Of a stretch of 64,000 nucleotides of DNA, positions 39,558 through 47,688 are shown piece after piece. Each line of letters begins with the position of its first letter. Within the stretch, counting starts at the first letter, position 1. The stretch comes from an uncultured Candidatus Micrarchaeota archaeon (GTDB lineage: Archaea; Micrarchaeota; Micrarchaeia; Micrarchaeales; Micrarchaeaceae): NCBI GenBank assembly GCA_963741095.1, contig CAVUGN010000001.1, positions 32,001-96,000 of the forward strand. The letters are read 5' to 3'. A model generated the notes under the pieces. It had not been told where the DNA came from. It did not search any database and saw only the letters and a list, made by a program, of their open reading frames with translations. A program made the position numbers and the translations under genes.

Positions 39558-40442
39558 TCAAAGCACGCTTTGCGGCCACCACACCTTGCATTCCTTGCCG
39601 TAGAATGCACAGTATGAGCATTTCCATTTCTCTTCCTCTGGCACGGGCAGCGATTTTCTTTCGCCGCTCCAATATTTCATAATATACTTTATTATGTCTT
39701 GCATCTCCTTCGGATCGTAATCGAACTTGTGGAGGTCTATCTCCTTGCCAGTGAACTGGTCTATGTACTTTATGCAGAGCATGTCGCTTACGGTGCCGAT
39801 GCTCTTGAATTCCTGGAAGAAGCGGCCTGCGATTGAGTTTATGTTTTGTATCGGCTTCTCAACGCCAATCGCGTCAAGTTGCCTTATGAACTCCGGGGTA
39901 AGCTTCATCAGGGTGGTGTGGTAGGCATTGGTGAAGTTGGTCACAGCGTATTCGCCGCTCACTATGTCATCGACAAGCTTCTTGTAGACCATTATCTGCA
40001 CGCGGTGGGTGGTTATCTGCGAGCTTGACGGTATCTTGTTGTTGGCCCTTGTTTTATCCTCAAAAATGAGGACTTTCCCGTCCTTTATGTCTAGTTGGTC
40101 GATTTTGCCGACAACTTTGTAGCCTGATATTGAGCCATAGAGCTGCACCTCTCGCGTTTTCTTGTTCTTCTTCAGGGCGCAGAGCGCCATGTAGCTGGTG
40201 TAAAGGCTCTTGTAGAGGAAGTCGGCATAGCCGGTGGGCTGCAGTATGATAGGAACATTGACCTCGCCCTCAAGCTCCTCGTGAAGCGAGGTCCCAGCCT
40301 TTATCGCTGCGGTTATCTTCTTGCCGTACCTATAGTTATACTCCATCTGCCGTTCGCACCAGTACTGCGACGCTATGTCCGAGACGCGGATGCTGGTTTT
40401 GTGCAGTTCCTCCATTATGCTCAAGTTTACACCTTGCTTCAC
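39558..40442 (-). CDS. Solo Cas4/Exonuclease V-like PD-(D/E)xK nuclease with 4Fe-4S ligands
   Basis: SQYWCE, GTSLHEEL, GKID, FEDKT, QIMVY and C-terminal KCSYCAFYGKEC. Confidence 0.8.
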   Translation of the reverse strand: MKQGVNLSIMEELHKTSIRVSDIASQYWCERQMEYNYRYGKKITAAIKAGTSLHEELEGEVNVPIILQPTGYADFLYKSLYTSYMALCALKKNKKTREVQLYGSISGYKVVGKIDQLDIKDGKVLIFEDKTRANNKIPSSSQITTHRVQIMVYKKLVDDIVSGEYAVTNFTNAYHTTLMKLTPEFIRQLDAIGVEKPIQNINSIAGRFFQEFKSIGTVSDMLCIKYIDQFTGKEIDLHKFDYDPKEMQDIIKYIMKYWSGERKSLPVPEEEKWKCSYCAFYGKECKVWWPQSVL

Positions 40443-40523
40443 ATAACGTGCTTAATGATTATAAATATCGTTGTTAACACGTTGCTACAGAAGGCGTTTA
40501 AAGCTTTCCAGAGAAGGTGATGC

Positions 40524-40687
40524 AGTGAGATTATGAAAGGAGGAACTGGAGATGGAAACTAGTGGTTGAGATTATGGGAGACGGAATGTAGTTATGTGGT
40601 ACGTACAAGATTGTACGTGTTTGTGTGCAACTACAAAAGGCATTTAAAGGTTGCTAGAGAAGTTTGGATAGTGAGATTATGGAAGGA
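40524..40687. repeat. Three copies of TGAGATTATG(R)NGA and an intervening long hairpin
   Basis: AGTGAGATTATGAAAGGA (40524-40541), TGAGATTATGGGAGA (40567-40581) and AGTGAGATTATGGAAGGA (40670-40687). Hairpin at 40587-40635. Confidence 0.65.
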
Positions 40688-40724
40688 TCGTGCGGTTGAT
40701 AGGGATAATAGTTTTCGTGTTTGT

Positions 40725-42161
40725 CTAATTCTTAATGTCAGCATTTTTATTGTTTGATATTCTTTCTGTTTTATCATAATTGTGTTGTGGTATTTCTTTT
40801 ACACCGTGGTCTCTGATCAATATTTTGTATTGATTGGTGTAGGTTTTGTCGAATATTCTATGGCAAACTGCACCACATAATACGTCTGTAGCCACAAGCG
40901 AATTTATTGCAGTTCCGGCAACACTTTTTTGTAATGATTCTTCAATTCCATTAAGGTTTTCAGTGGCATAAACGCTATGTATAAATACTACCCCGTCTGG
41001 AATTCCTGAATCGGCTACCAAAGCATATTTATCGACACCAAGGGGGTTTTTCTTGAGTATATCTAGCATTAGTTCACGCCTTGACTCGGCAAATTTTTTA
41101 CTATCGAGTTTACTCATTGTTATCAAAGCTAAATATTTCGTTGGGAGTTTGTTCATCGTAATAGTTATCCGTTTTATTATCCCGTCGTCTTTTAGCCTGT
41201 GGTAAACATATCCCGCGCCTTCGCCTCCGAATGCGTATTTTTTATCTATTTCTGAGAATTCTTTGACACCATTTCTGCTAAGTTCCATCAACACATAATA
41301 CTGTTTTTGGGTCAATTGACCTGGAAGTCGTTGAAGATTATCTTTTGTTTTAATCCAAATTTTATCTTTTAAAAGTTCGAAGAACTTTTCTCTAATTGGG
41401 AAACAGCCATAACCCATATACAGGGGGGATATATACCATGTCGAAGGGTAGGTACGAAGAACTTCGTGATTTCTCAGTCGATATACAAAATCTGCTGCGA
41501 TATCATTGTTTTCGGCTAGAAAATGTATTACTAAATCATACATTCCTACAGTAGCAATCGAAAATTGCACTCTCGGCTCATTTTCTAGAATTGCTTTGAG
41601 TTGATCTATCGGAGGTTTTTCGTTACCAAATTTGATTAATGCCATATAGTTGAGGTAGCCAAGTTTGCCCACATCCAACTCTGCAAAATATCTTATCCCG
41701 TATTTTTGTTCCAACTGCTTGACATGCGAATACACCGTAGAGCCCTTGAGCTTTAATTGTTGGCCCCAGTATGAGAGGTCAGCTTTAGCATTCATGCTTA
41801 ATACTGTTAAGAGCATCTTGTCCACTTCGTCAGGCATTATTGCCTGTTCTTCGATGAAATGGACTGCTGTTTGACCGTTATGCGGTAGCTCTACTTTGCC
41901 ACCATGTGCTACGATAAGTGATTCTGCCTTTTCTAATTCAGTTTGTATCTGTTCGGATTTTTTGACGAAGATACCTTCTTTGGTTATTTTGCCGAGGTAA
42001 TTTGAGATAATTCGTTGGCGTTTGTTTATTTTATCCCATTCGCCTTTCTCTTTATAGACGTAGAAATACTTTCCTCTTATGACTTTGAGTGCGATATAGA
42101 ATGAACTTTCTTTCTTCATCTTTTGAAATGTTTCTACAACGCTTCGCGGGACATATTGCAT
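40725..42161 (-). CDS. AT-rich tandem Lrp/AsnC-like regulator (2x wHTH + RAM) with N-terminal transposase-like beta domain
   Basis: 'DEVDKMLLTVLSMNAKADLS...STVYSHVKQLEQ' with RAM-like 'GMYDLVIHF', and a second module 'QYYVLMELSRNG...YVYHRLKDDGIIKR'. N-terminal 'YFYVYKEKGEWDKINKRQRIISNYLGKIT'. Confidence 0.7.
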   Translation of the reverse strand: MQYVPRSVVETFQKMKKESSFYIALKVIRGKYFYVYKEKGEWDKINKRQRIISNYLGKITKEGIFVKKSEQIQTELEKAESLIVAHGGKVELPHNGQTAVHFIEEQAIMPDEVDKMLLTVLSMNAKADLSYWGQQLKLKGSTVYSHVKQLEQKYGIRYFAELDVGKLGYLNYMALIKFGNEKPPIDQLKAILENEPRVQFSIATVGMYDLVIHFLAENNDIAADFVYRLRNHEVLRTYPSTWYISPLYMGYGCFPIREKFFELLKDKIWIKTKDNLQRLPGQLTQKQYYVLMELSRNGVKEFSEIDKKYAFGGEGAGYVYHRLKDDGIIKRITITMNKLPTKYLALITMSKLDSKKFAESRRELMLDILKKNPLGVDKYALVADSGIPDGVVFIHSVYATENLNGIEESLQKSVAGTAINSLVATDVLCGAVCHRIFDKTYTNQYKILIRDHGVKEIPQHNYDKTERISNNKNADIKN

Positions 42162-42345
42162 ACTATAACTAACAACTTATATAATATTTAAATACTTCCT
42201 TTTTTACAACGTTTAATTCTTATCGAACAACGTATATGAATAACTAATATTTGTATATTATGAAGGATTTTTTAGATATTTCGAGATAAAATAAGAAAAT
42301 TTACCTTGCGCATAGATAAATACAACAAAGTTCATAATATCATAC

Positions 42346-42516
42346 GGGTGGAATTGTGGAGGATATGGGTCTTCGAGGGAAGTCCTTTGAAGGGAGAAGC
42401 GGCGCTATTTCATATAAGGCTGTTTTCAACCATTCTTACCACACACTGGAAGACGGCACTAAGGAATTGAGATGCACAGCTTGTTTTGTCTTTTTCCCTA
42501 CTCCGCGATTCCACCC
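42346..42516 (+). other. Long-range RNA stem (16 bp including 2 G-U) enclosing ~140 nt; candidate structured leader or ncRNA
   Basis: GGGTGGAATTGTGGAG (42346-42361) pairs with CTCCGCGATTCCACCC (42501-42516). The two non-Watson-Crick positions are G-U only on the + strand. Confidence 0.55.
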
Positions 42517-42535
42517 TTTCCCTATCCAGAACTGA
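42365..42535 (+). CDS. Small ORF, 56 aa (MGLRGKSFEG...HSYH...CTAC...PIQN)
   Basis: ATG preceded by GGAGG. Contains HxxH and CxxC. Below the ORF-track cutoff. Confidence 0.35.
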   Translation: MGLRGKSFEGRSGAISYKAVFNHSYHTLEDGTKELRCTACFVFFPTPRFHPFPIQN

Positions 42536-42539
42536 TCCT

Positions 42540-42632
42540 ATGATGATGACTCACCTGCATTTTGCGTTTTTTGTCCTTTCGGTTATTGCAATAATAGCGG
42601 CTGTAGCAATCATTGCGGTGAATGTGATATGA
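42540..42632 (+). CDS. 30-aa single-TM hydrophobic peptide (MMMTHLHFAFFVLSVIAIIAAVAIIAVNVI)
   Basis: Uninterrupted hydrophobic stretch. The stop overlaps the next gene's start (ATGA). Confidence 0.5.
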   Translation: MMMTHLHFAFFVLSVIAIIAAVAIIAVNVI

Positions 42633-42895
42633 ACAACAAAGTAAGAAGGAACGCGATGCACAAATTCTATTTCATAAAACCAAGATTGAACGTGAATGCT
42701 GAGGAGCTCGCCCTCAAGCTGATAGGACTGAAGCACGTTGACGGCGTATTCCTGACAGAAGGGGAGTACGGCTTCATGGTGAAGGCGAGGGTTTCCGGAA
42801 TAAACGGGACGGAGAACGTCGCGGATTACATATCGAAGAGCATGGGCAGCAAGTACGGCGAGGTAACAAGCTATTTCGAGTACAGGAAAAGGTAA
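42629..42895 (+). CDS. Stand-alone Lrp/AsnC ligand-binding (RAM)-like protein
   Basis: 'FYFIKP...EELALKLIGLKHVDGVFLTEGEYGFMVKA' fits the ferredoxin-like RAM pattern (VxEVxxxxGxYD). No HTH. Confidence 0.6.
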   Translation: MNNKVRRNAMHKFYFIKPRLNVNAEELALKLIGLKHVDGVFLTEGEYGFMVKARVSGINGTENVADYISKSMGSKYGEVTSYFEYRKR

Positions 42896-42932
42896 TCACT
42901 TCTTCTTGATGCGCTTCGTCGCTAAATACCGT

Positions 42933-43562
42933 TCACATAGACTTTTTTATCTCTTCCATATACCTATGTTTGAGTTTGGAGAAGCTATTCTCGTTCAGGT
43001 TCAGGTAATTGAGGTTCCTTCTGTCGAAGTTGACAAGAGTCGATAGCAGGACGTCCATATACGGTAAAAGTTTGTATTCCAGGAGCACCTTTTTCAGGTT
43101 GGATATGCTCAATCCGGAGTAAAATAGCAGTCCGAGTATGTCTATCGCATCCTTTTCGCCTTTTGCGCTCTTGCCCCGGTCTAGCGCCGCGCCGAGCTTC
43201 AGTGCCGTAAGCACTTCGGCGGTGGGCACGCAAAATCCTTCAATGCTGGTGGAGTATTTTGAGAGTATGTCCTTTGGAGGTATTGGAAGGATGGAATAGT
43301 TTGGCAGGTATATGTCAACGTCGTATAGATTCATCTTGATTTCGTATTTTTTTAGCCGATCGTTCTTGTTCAGCGGGTACCTGCTTCCGAGATCCCTTAG
43401 CGCATCGTAGTCCAGTATTATGTCGATGTCTTTTGATTTCTGCAGCCTGGAGTAGAGGTAGACCGCCCACCCGCCGATGAGCACGAATTTTATCTCCTTG
43501 CTTAAGTCCTGCAACCCGCGCCAGCTCGCCTCGATCACCTCGCTGTTCCAGAAGTTGGTCAT
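42933..43562 (-). CDS. AbiEii-like nucleotidyltransferase (putative type IV toxin)
   Basis: FVLIGGWAV, SKDIDII, LKLGA and KGEKDAID. ATGA-coupled to the upstream wHTH gene. Confidence 0.7.
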   Translation of the reverse strand: MTNFWNSEVIEASWRGLQDLSKEIKFVLIGGWAVYLYSRLQKSKDIDIILDYDALRDLGSRYPLNKNDRLKKYEIKMNLYDVDIYLPNYSILPIPPKDILSKYSTSIEGFCVPTAEVLTALKLGAALDRGKSAKGEKDAIDILGLLFYSGLSISNLKKVLLEYKLLPYMDVLLSTLVNFDRRNLNYLNLNENSFSKLKHRYMEEIKKSM

Positions 43563-44164
43563 ATTCCCAGCCTGCGCGCTAGCGCTTCGACAAAGTCTTT
43601 TGCGTACCATTGGTTCATGTTCCAGAGGTCGACAAAGAGTTGTGCAGCACACACCGATGAACCTTTGAGATTGTGGCCTTCTATGGCCTTTTCCATGTTG
43701 CCGTCACAACGAAGCACTATGAGGTTTGGTACCATATCGCTTGTCTCGAACCTCCTCTTTATCTCTTTCAGTCCCGTCTCGGTTGCGTACAGGTACACCT
43801 CGCTGTAATCCGCTGGAGTCTCTTTGAAAAGGAACCGGTAAGCGGTATAGCCGGTAAACGCAACGCCATCAGGCATGCCCTTTTCTATATCCTTGACTGG
43901 CGCGCTGACTCGGGTCTGATAAACGATGTCCTTCTTCAGGTTCCTGTGAGTGGCCCAGTACATCAAAAGCCGGTCCAGAGCTATGACTTCGAAGGACCGC
44001 GGCTTCACTCGCACCGCATTTATGCCCTTGAGGTCGGTCACCGCGCCATTGATTATGCTAAGCGATGTGCCGAGCTCCCTTGACAGCGCAAGCTGCGTAA
44101 AACTTCTTTTGCCCTCGATGTAGCCGCAGGCTATCGCCCTGAACACCGTTTCCCGCTTGTTCAT
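43559..44164 (-). CDS. wHTH + AbiEi-like C-terminal domain protein (putative antitoxin/autoregulator)
   Basis: 'FTQLALSRELGTSLSIINGAVTDLK' HTH, then LLMYWA, AFTGYTAY and QLFVDLW. Confidence 0.68.
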   Translation of the reverse strand: MNKRETVFRAIACGYIEGKRSFTQLALSRELGTSLSIINGAVTDLKGINAVRVKPRSFEVIALDRLLMYWATHRNLKKDIVYQTRVSAPVKDIEKGMPDGVAFTGYTAYRFLFKETPADYSEVYLYATETGLKEIKRRFETSDMVPNLIVLRCDGNMEKAIEGHNLKGSSVCAAQLFVDLWNMNQWYAKDFVEALARRLGI

Positions 44165-44334
44165 GTTTCTATTTATGAGATAGGGTATATTTATATGTTT
44201 CTATTATTGTAGAAAGATATAAGTATAGGGTGATGAGAAAGATGAAAGAGGGCCGAGGATTATTGGACCATAGACCTTCGCCCTGTTTTCTTCAAAAGAG
44301 CAAAGGGATGATGCGCGAGCTTTATTCCGTGATT

Positions 44335-44949
44335 TTACGCTTTCATATGCTGCATGGCTATCTTGTATATCGCGTAGAGCGCTATCGCGAATATCCCTAT
44401 GGAGGCCATCGCGATTATTGCGCTGTGCACTGAGAGGAGATAGAGGCCGAAGAGCATCAGCACCAGGTTCCATATCAATGCGCCTGCTATCGAATAAGCG
44501 AAGAACTCCTTCAGAGGCATCTTTGCGAATCCAGCCGGGAAGCTCATCAGTGCCCTCACTTCCGGTATCAGCCTTGAGAGGAAGACAGCGGCAATGCCGT
44601 TGCTGTCGAACCAGGCGTCGAACTCGTCCAGCGACTTCTTCTTGATGCGGAAGAGCTGCAGGTGCTTGTAGATGATGTCCTTGCCGATGTAATATCCTAT
44701 CGCGTAATCGATCGCAAGGCCGACTATAGCGCCGAGCATCGCAGCGGCAAATGCGGGATAGAATGCGAGAGAGCCTTTCGCGACGAGGTAGCCGCTGAGA
44801 GGCAGCACAACCTCGCTTGGAATTGGAAGGGAAGCGCTCTCTAGCGCCATCAGGATGAATATCGCAAGGTAACCGTAGCTTGTCACAAAATTCTGTATTA
44901 TTGTCGATGAGTTTGCGAGCAGTCCCGACATTATTCCGAGTATGAACAT
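44335..44949 (-). CDS. dedA: DedA family membrane protein
   Basis: GYLAIFILMALESASLPIPSEVVLP, SRLIPEVRALMSFPAG and GALIWN. Confidence 0.92.
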   Translation of the reverse strand: MFILGIMSGLLANSSTIIQNFVTSYGYLAIFILMALESASLPIPSEVVLPLSGYLVAKGSLAFYPAFAAAMLGAIVGLAIDYAIGYYIGKDIIYKHLQLFRIKKKSLDEFDAWFDSNGIAAVFLSRLIPEVRALMSFPAGFAKMPLKEFFAYSIAGALIWNLVLMLFGLYLLSVHSAIIAMASIGIFAIALYAIYKIAMQHMKA

Positions 44950-45031
44950 GCTATCAGCAGGATGAATGATGAAAGTATGCCCAATTATATATATCTTGCT
45001 AGAACCACTATTAACAGCAGAGTTGTTTGCG

Positions 45032-46060
45032 ATGAGAATTGTCAAGTTCTATGAGAGTGTGGGTTCGCTCAAGCTCAAAGTGGAGACTCTTGACGACCTG
45101 TGGACTGTGCAGCGCATAATCTTCGCGAACGACCTTGTAAAATCCGAAAGCGAGAGGCGCTTCAGGCCGAGCGAGGGGGACCTGGGCGAGTTGAAGCAGG
45201 TAATGATAACGCTCCGCGTGGAGAAGACGGAACTGGACAAGAGCGCATCGAGGCTCAGGGTACTGGGCAAGATAGTCGAGGGAAGGCCTCTCGAGTACGT
45301 TAAACTCAACAGCTACCACACTTTAAACATCGCCCCGGGGGACATGCTCGAGCTGATAAAGCCGAAATGGCCGGATTATCTCGTAAAGGTGGCGAGGGAT
45401 GCCGTTGCAGACTCGAAGAAACCTCGATTAGGGCTCATCGTCGTGGATGATGAGAAGGCGCTGCCCGCATACATGCTTGGTTATGGCATCGAGTTTGGAA
45501 ACGAGATGTACAGCCGTCTGAGCAAGAGGATGTCGCAAAAGGATTTCCAGGAGCAGGAGAAGAAATATTTCGACGGCGTGCTCGACACCGTGAGGAACAT
45601 GCGCGTCGACACAATCATCATCGCAGGACCGGGTTTCACCAAGGACGACATAAAGAGCTACGCGACCAATTCTGGGATCCTGAAGAAGATGGGAAAGCAG
45701 CTGTTATTCGAAAACGTCAGCAATGCGGAGCGTTCCGGCATCTACGAGCTGGTGAAGGGAGAGAAAGTTGAACATCTTCTCGAGAAGGAACGCATACGGA
45801 TGGAGTTCAGGCTCATGGAGGAGTTCCTAAAAGGGCTTGAGAGCAAGAGCTCGCTCTACGGGATCGATAACGTCGGTGATTCTGTCGATGGAAGGAGAGC
45901 GAAGGTGGTGCTCGTGAACGACAGCGTTCTCGGCGACCAGAGGATGCAGGAGACGCTCGCAAAAGCCGAGGAGAAGAGGATAAAGATAGAGGTCTTCAAC
46001 TCCGGTGATGAGGTCGGTGCACAGCTGCACAACTTCAAGGACATTGCATGCATGGAATAG
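45032..46060 (+). CDS. pelA: Pelota/Dom34 ribosome rescue factor
   Basis: ETLDDLW, LRVLGKI, YHTLNI and IIAGPGFTKD. Confidence 0.93.
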   Translation: MRIVKFYESVGSLKLKVETLDDLWTVQRIIFANDLVKSESERRFRPSEGDLGELKQVMITLRVEKTELDKSASRLRVLGKIVEGRPLEYVKLNSYHTLNIAPGDMLELIKPKWPDYLVKVARDAVADSKKPRLGLIVVDDEKALPAYMLGYGIEFGNEMYSRLSKRMSQKDFQEQEKKYFDGVLDTVRNMRVDTIIIAGPGFTKDDIKSYATNSGILKKMGKQLLFENVSNAERSGIYELVKGEKVEHLLEKERIRMEFRLMEEFLKGLESKSSLYGIDNVGDSVDGRRAKVVLVNDSVLGDQRMQETLAKAEEKRIKIEVFNSGDEVGAQLHNFKDIACME

Positions 46061-46069
46061 ATTCATGTT

Positions 46070-46924
46070 ATGTCGGATAATGGATCTGCGGATGCACGGA
46101 AGGAGAATGGGATAAGCGTTCACCGTAGCGTAGAGTGGCTGGCGGAAAAGGTGGACAAGCCAGAGGAGATAATGGACTGGTTCTACAGCAAACGCCCCAG
46201 TATGGACAGGTTTGCGGCAGAGACGTTGATGGAGAGGTTCCCGCTAATCACTGATGATATCTTCGAAGACAGGACCGAAGATGTGAGGATTATCAAAGAC
46301 GGCTTGCTGGTTCTTGCAACCCCACCGAGAGTTTATACCCAATGGAAGTATGATTTCTTGAAGTCGGACATTCTCGTCTTCGGACCAGAGCGGGAATGGG
46401 CCGCCATTGCCAATGCGTTTGATAAGGAAAAGGCCGTCTCAAGGGAGTACAGAGAGAAGGCCCAATCGTATGTGGATCACATAACGCCTTGCCTGGATCT
46501 GTTGTTCGAAGAGAATCTGATAAGCGGAGCGCTTTGCAGGGGCTCTTATTTCTGCAAGAACGGTTTCCCGGCAAAGGAAGATGACGTCGATTTCATGCTG
46601 CTCTCGGAAACTTCCGACAAGGAGGAAGGCAGGATAATGGAGATTCTCAAGAGGATACCGAGGTTTGCCATCACGTTTAACCGCAATAGGGAGGATGTGA
46701 TAAGGGAAGGGGAATCGCCCAGACTGAGTTTTGGCATCGTAACTAAAGGCCGTGTCATCCACGGCAAAGGCATACGGTACGAGAGATATGTCTTGAAGAA
46801 TGGCGTCGGCATAGCTCTTGAACATTTGACCAAAGAGGGCTCTGAACGCCTTGCAAGGGAGTGGATGGCATTGCTGCCGGACCACGACAACAGGGCAGGC
46901 ATACCGAGGCTGCCGAGCGCTTGA
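46070..46924 (+). CDS. Hypothetical protein with a pol-beta/MNT-like nucleotidyltransferase motif
   Basis: 'ALCRGSYF...EDDVDFMLL' (GS...DxD). 284-aa ORF with native codon usage. Confidence 0.5.
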   Translation: MSDNGSADARKENGISVHRSVEWLAEKVDKPEEIMDWFYSKRPSMDRFAAETLMERFPLITDDIFEDRTEDVRIIKDGLLVLATPPRVYTQWKYDFLKSDILVFGPEREWAAIANAFDKEKAVSREYREKAQSYVDHITPCLDLLFEENLISGALCRGSYFCKNGFPAKEDDVDFMLLSETSDKEEGRIMEILKRIPRFAITFNRNREDVIREGESPRLSFGIVTKGRVIHGKGIRYERYVLKNGVGIALEHLTKEGSERLAREWMALLPDHDNRAGIPRLPSA

Positions 46925-47231
46925 CTGCATGCACGATAGTGATTATCGCCGCTTTTTTGCCTGTCGACGATATCTAGGAAAATTCAGCAAATTTCTTGCA
47001 CAAAAGATTTAAATATCATACCTGCGTGTAAGAATTAAACATATTTAAGAGACCGACATTTGGTGCAATAAATGCAAACGCTGCAAGCTAGGTATCAATT
47101 TACAAATCCTATAGCTAGCTGCAGCATTAAGTTGGGAGTCATGAATTCCACTTCCACACCACATGTTTGGGCTGCATAAAAATCCTTTAATTTTTTGGGT
47201 GTTTTATGTGGCTCATATACTAAATGCAAGG

Positions 47232-47594
47232 ATGGTCTATAAGGAGAGGCTCAGCATGCGAGAGCAGCTCATAATGCTCGAGATCGGCTCCGACAGGATA
47301 GACACCGCTTCAAGCTTCGTGGATTACGTCAGCGAGGAGTACGGATTCTCGAAGAGCTCCATCTGGTACAACCTAAACCAGTTGAAAGAAAGGGGCATTG
47401 TCGAGTTCGCCACGAAGGAGGAGATAGGAAAGCCGCTGAGCCTGACGAAGAGCGGCATGAGCCAGCTCGGCGGCCTCGAGAACTCGAGGCGCGACTTACT
47501 AGCACACTTCAGCAGGGTTTTGATGCAAAGGGTGGGGCCGTATGGCGGCCTGGGCAATGGATATGCTGAAGGGTTTATGGGTAGCAACCGGTGA
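47232..47594 (+). CDS. Winged-helix protein
   Basis: 'FSKSSIWYNLNQLKERGIVEF...LSLTKSG'. Confidence 0.7.
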   Translation: MVYKERLSMREQLIMLEIGSDRIDTASSFVDYVSEEYGFSKSSIWYNLNQLKERGIVEFATKEEIGKPLSLTKSGMSQLGGLENSRRDLLAHFSRVLMQRVGPYGGLGNGYAEGFMGSNR

Positions 47595-47631
47595 TAGGAA
47601 TGTGACAAATGGGTGGATGGGAGAAACATTT

Positions 47632-47651
47632 GGCTGGCCGTTCGGCCAGCC
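47632..47651. other. GC-rich intergenic hairpin
   Basis: GGCTGGCC-GTTC-GGCCAGCC, perfect 8-bp stem. Confidence 0.55.
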
Positions 47652-47688
47652 CATTCAGGGTTTTCAAAGAAATAGAGGCGACCAGTCC

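Noticed and set aside
40524-40687. Degenerate CRISPR mini-array next to a Cas4-like gene
   Set aside because: Repeats are at most 18 nt, spacing is irregular (~41 and ~105 bp), and no cas1, cas2 or effector genes are present.
40725-42161. IS element or transposase
   Set aside because: No DDE, HUH or serine catalytic core was recognised, and no terminal inverted repeats or target duplications were seen.
42346-42516. RNase P RNA (GAGGGAAGTCC resembles conserved region I, and the terminal helix resembles P1)
   Set aside because: Only ~170 nt, and no CR-V motif (ACAnAAnnnGGCUUA) precedes the 3' strand. An Infernal scan would settle it.
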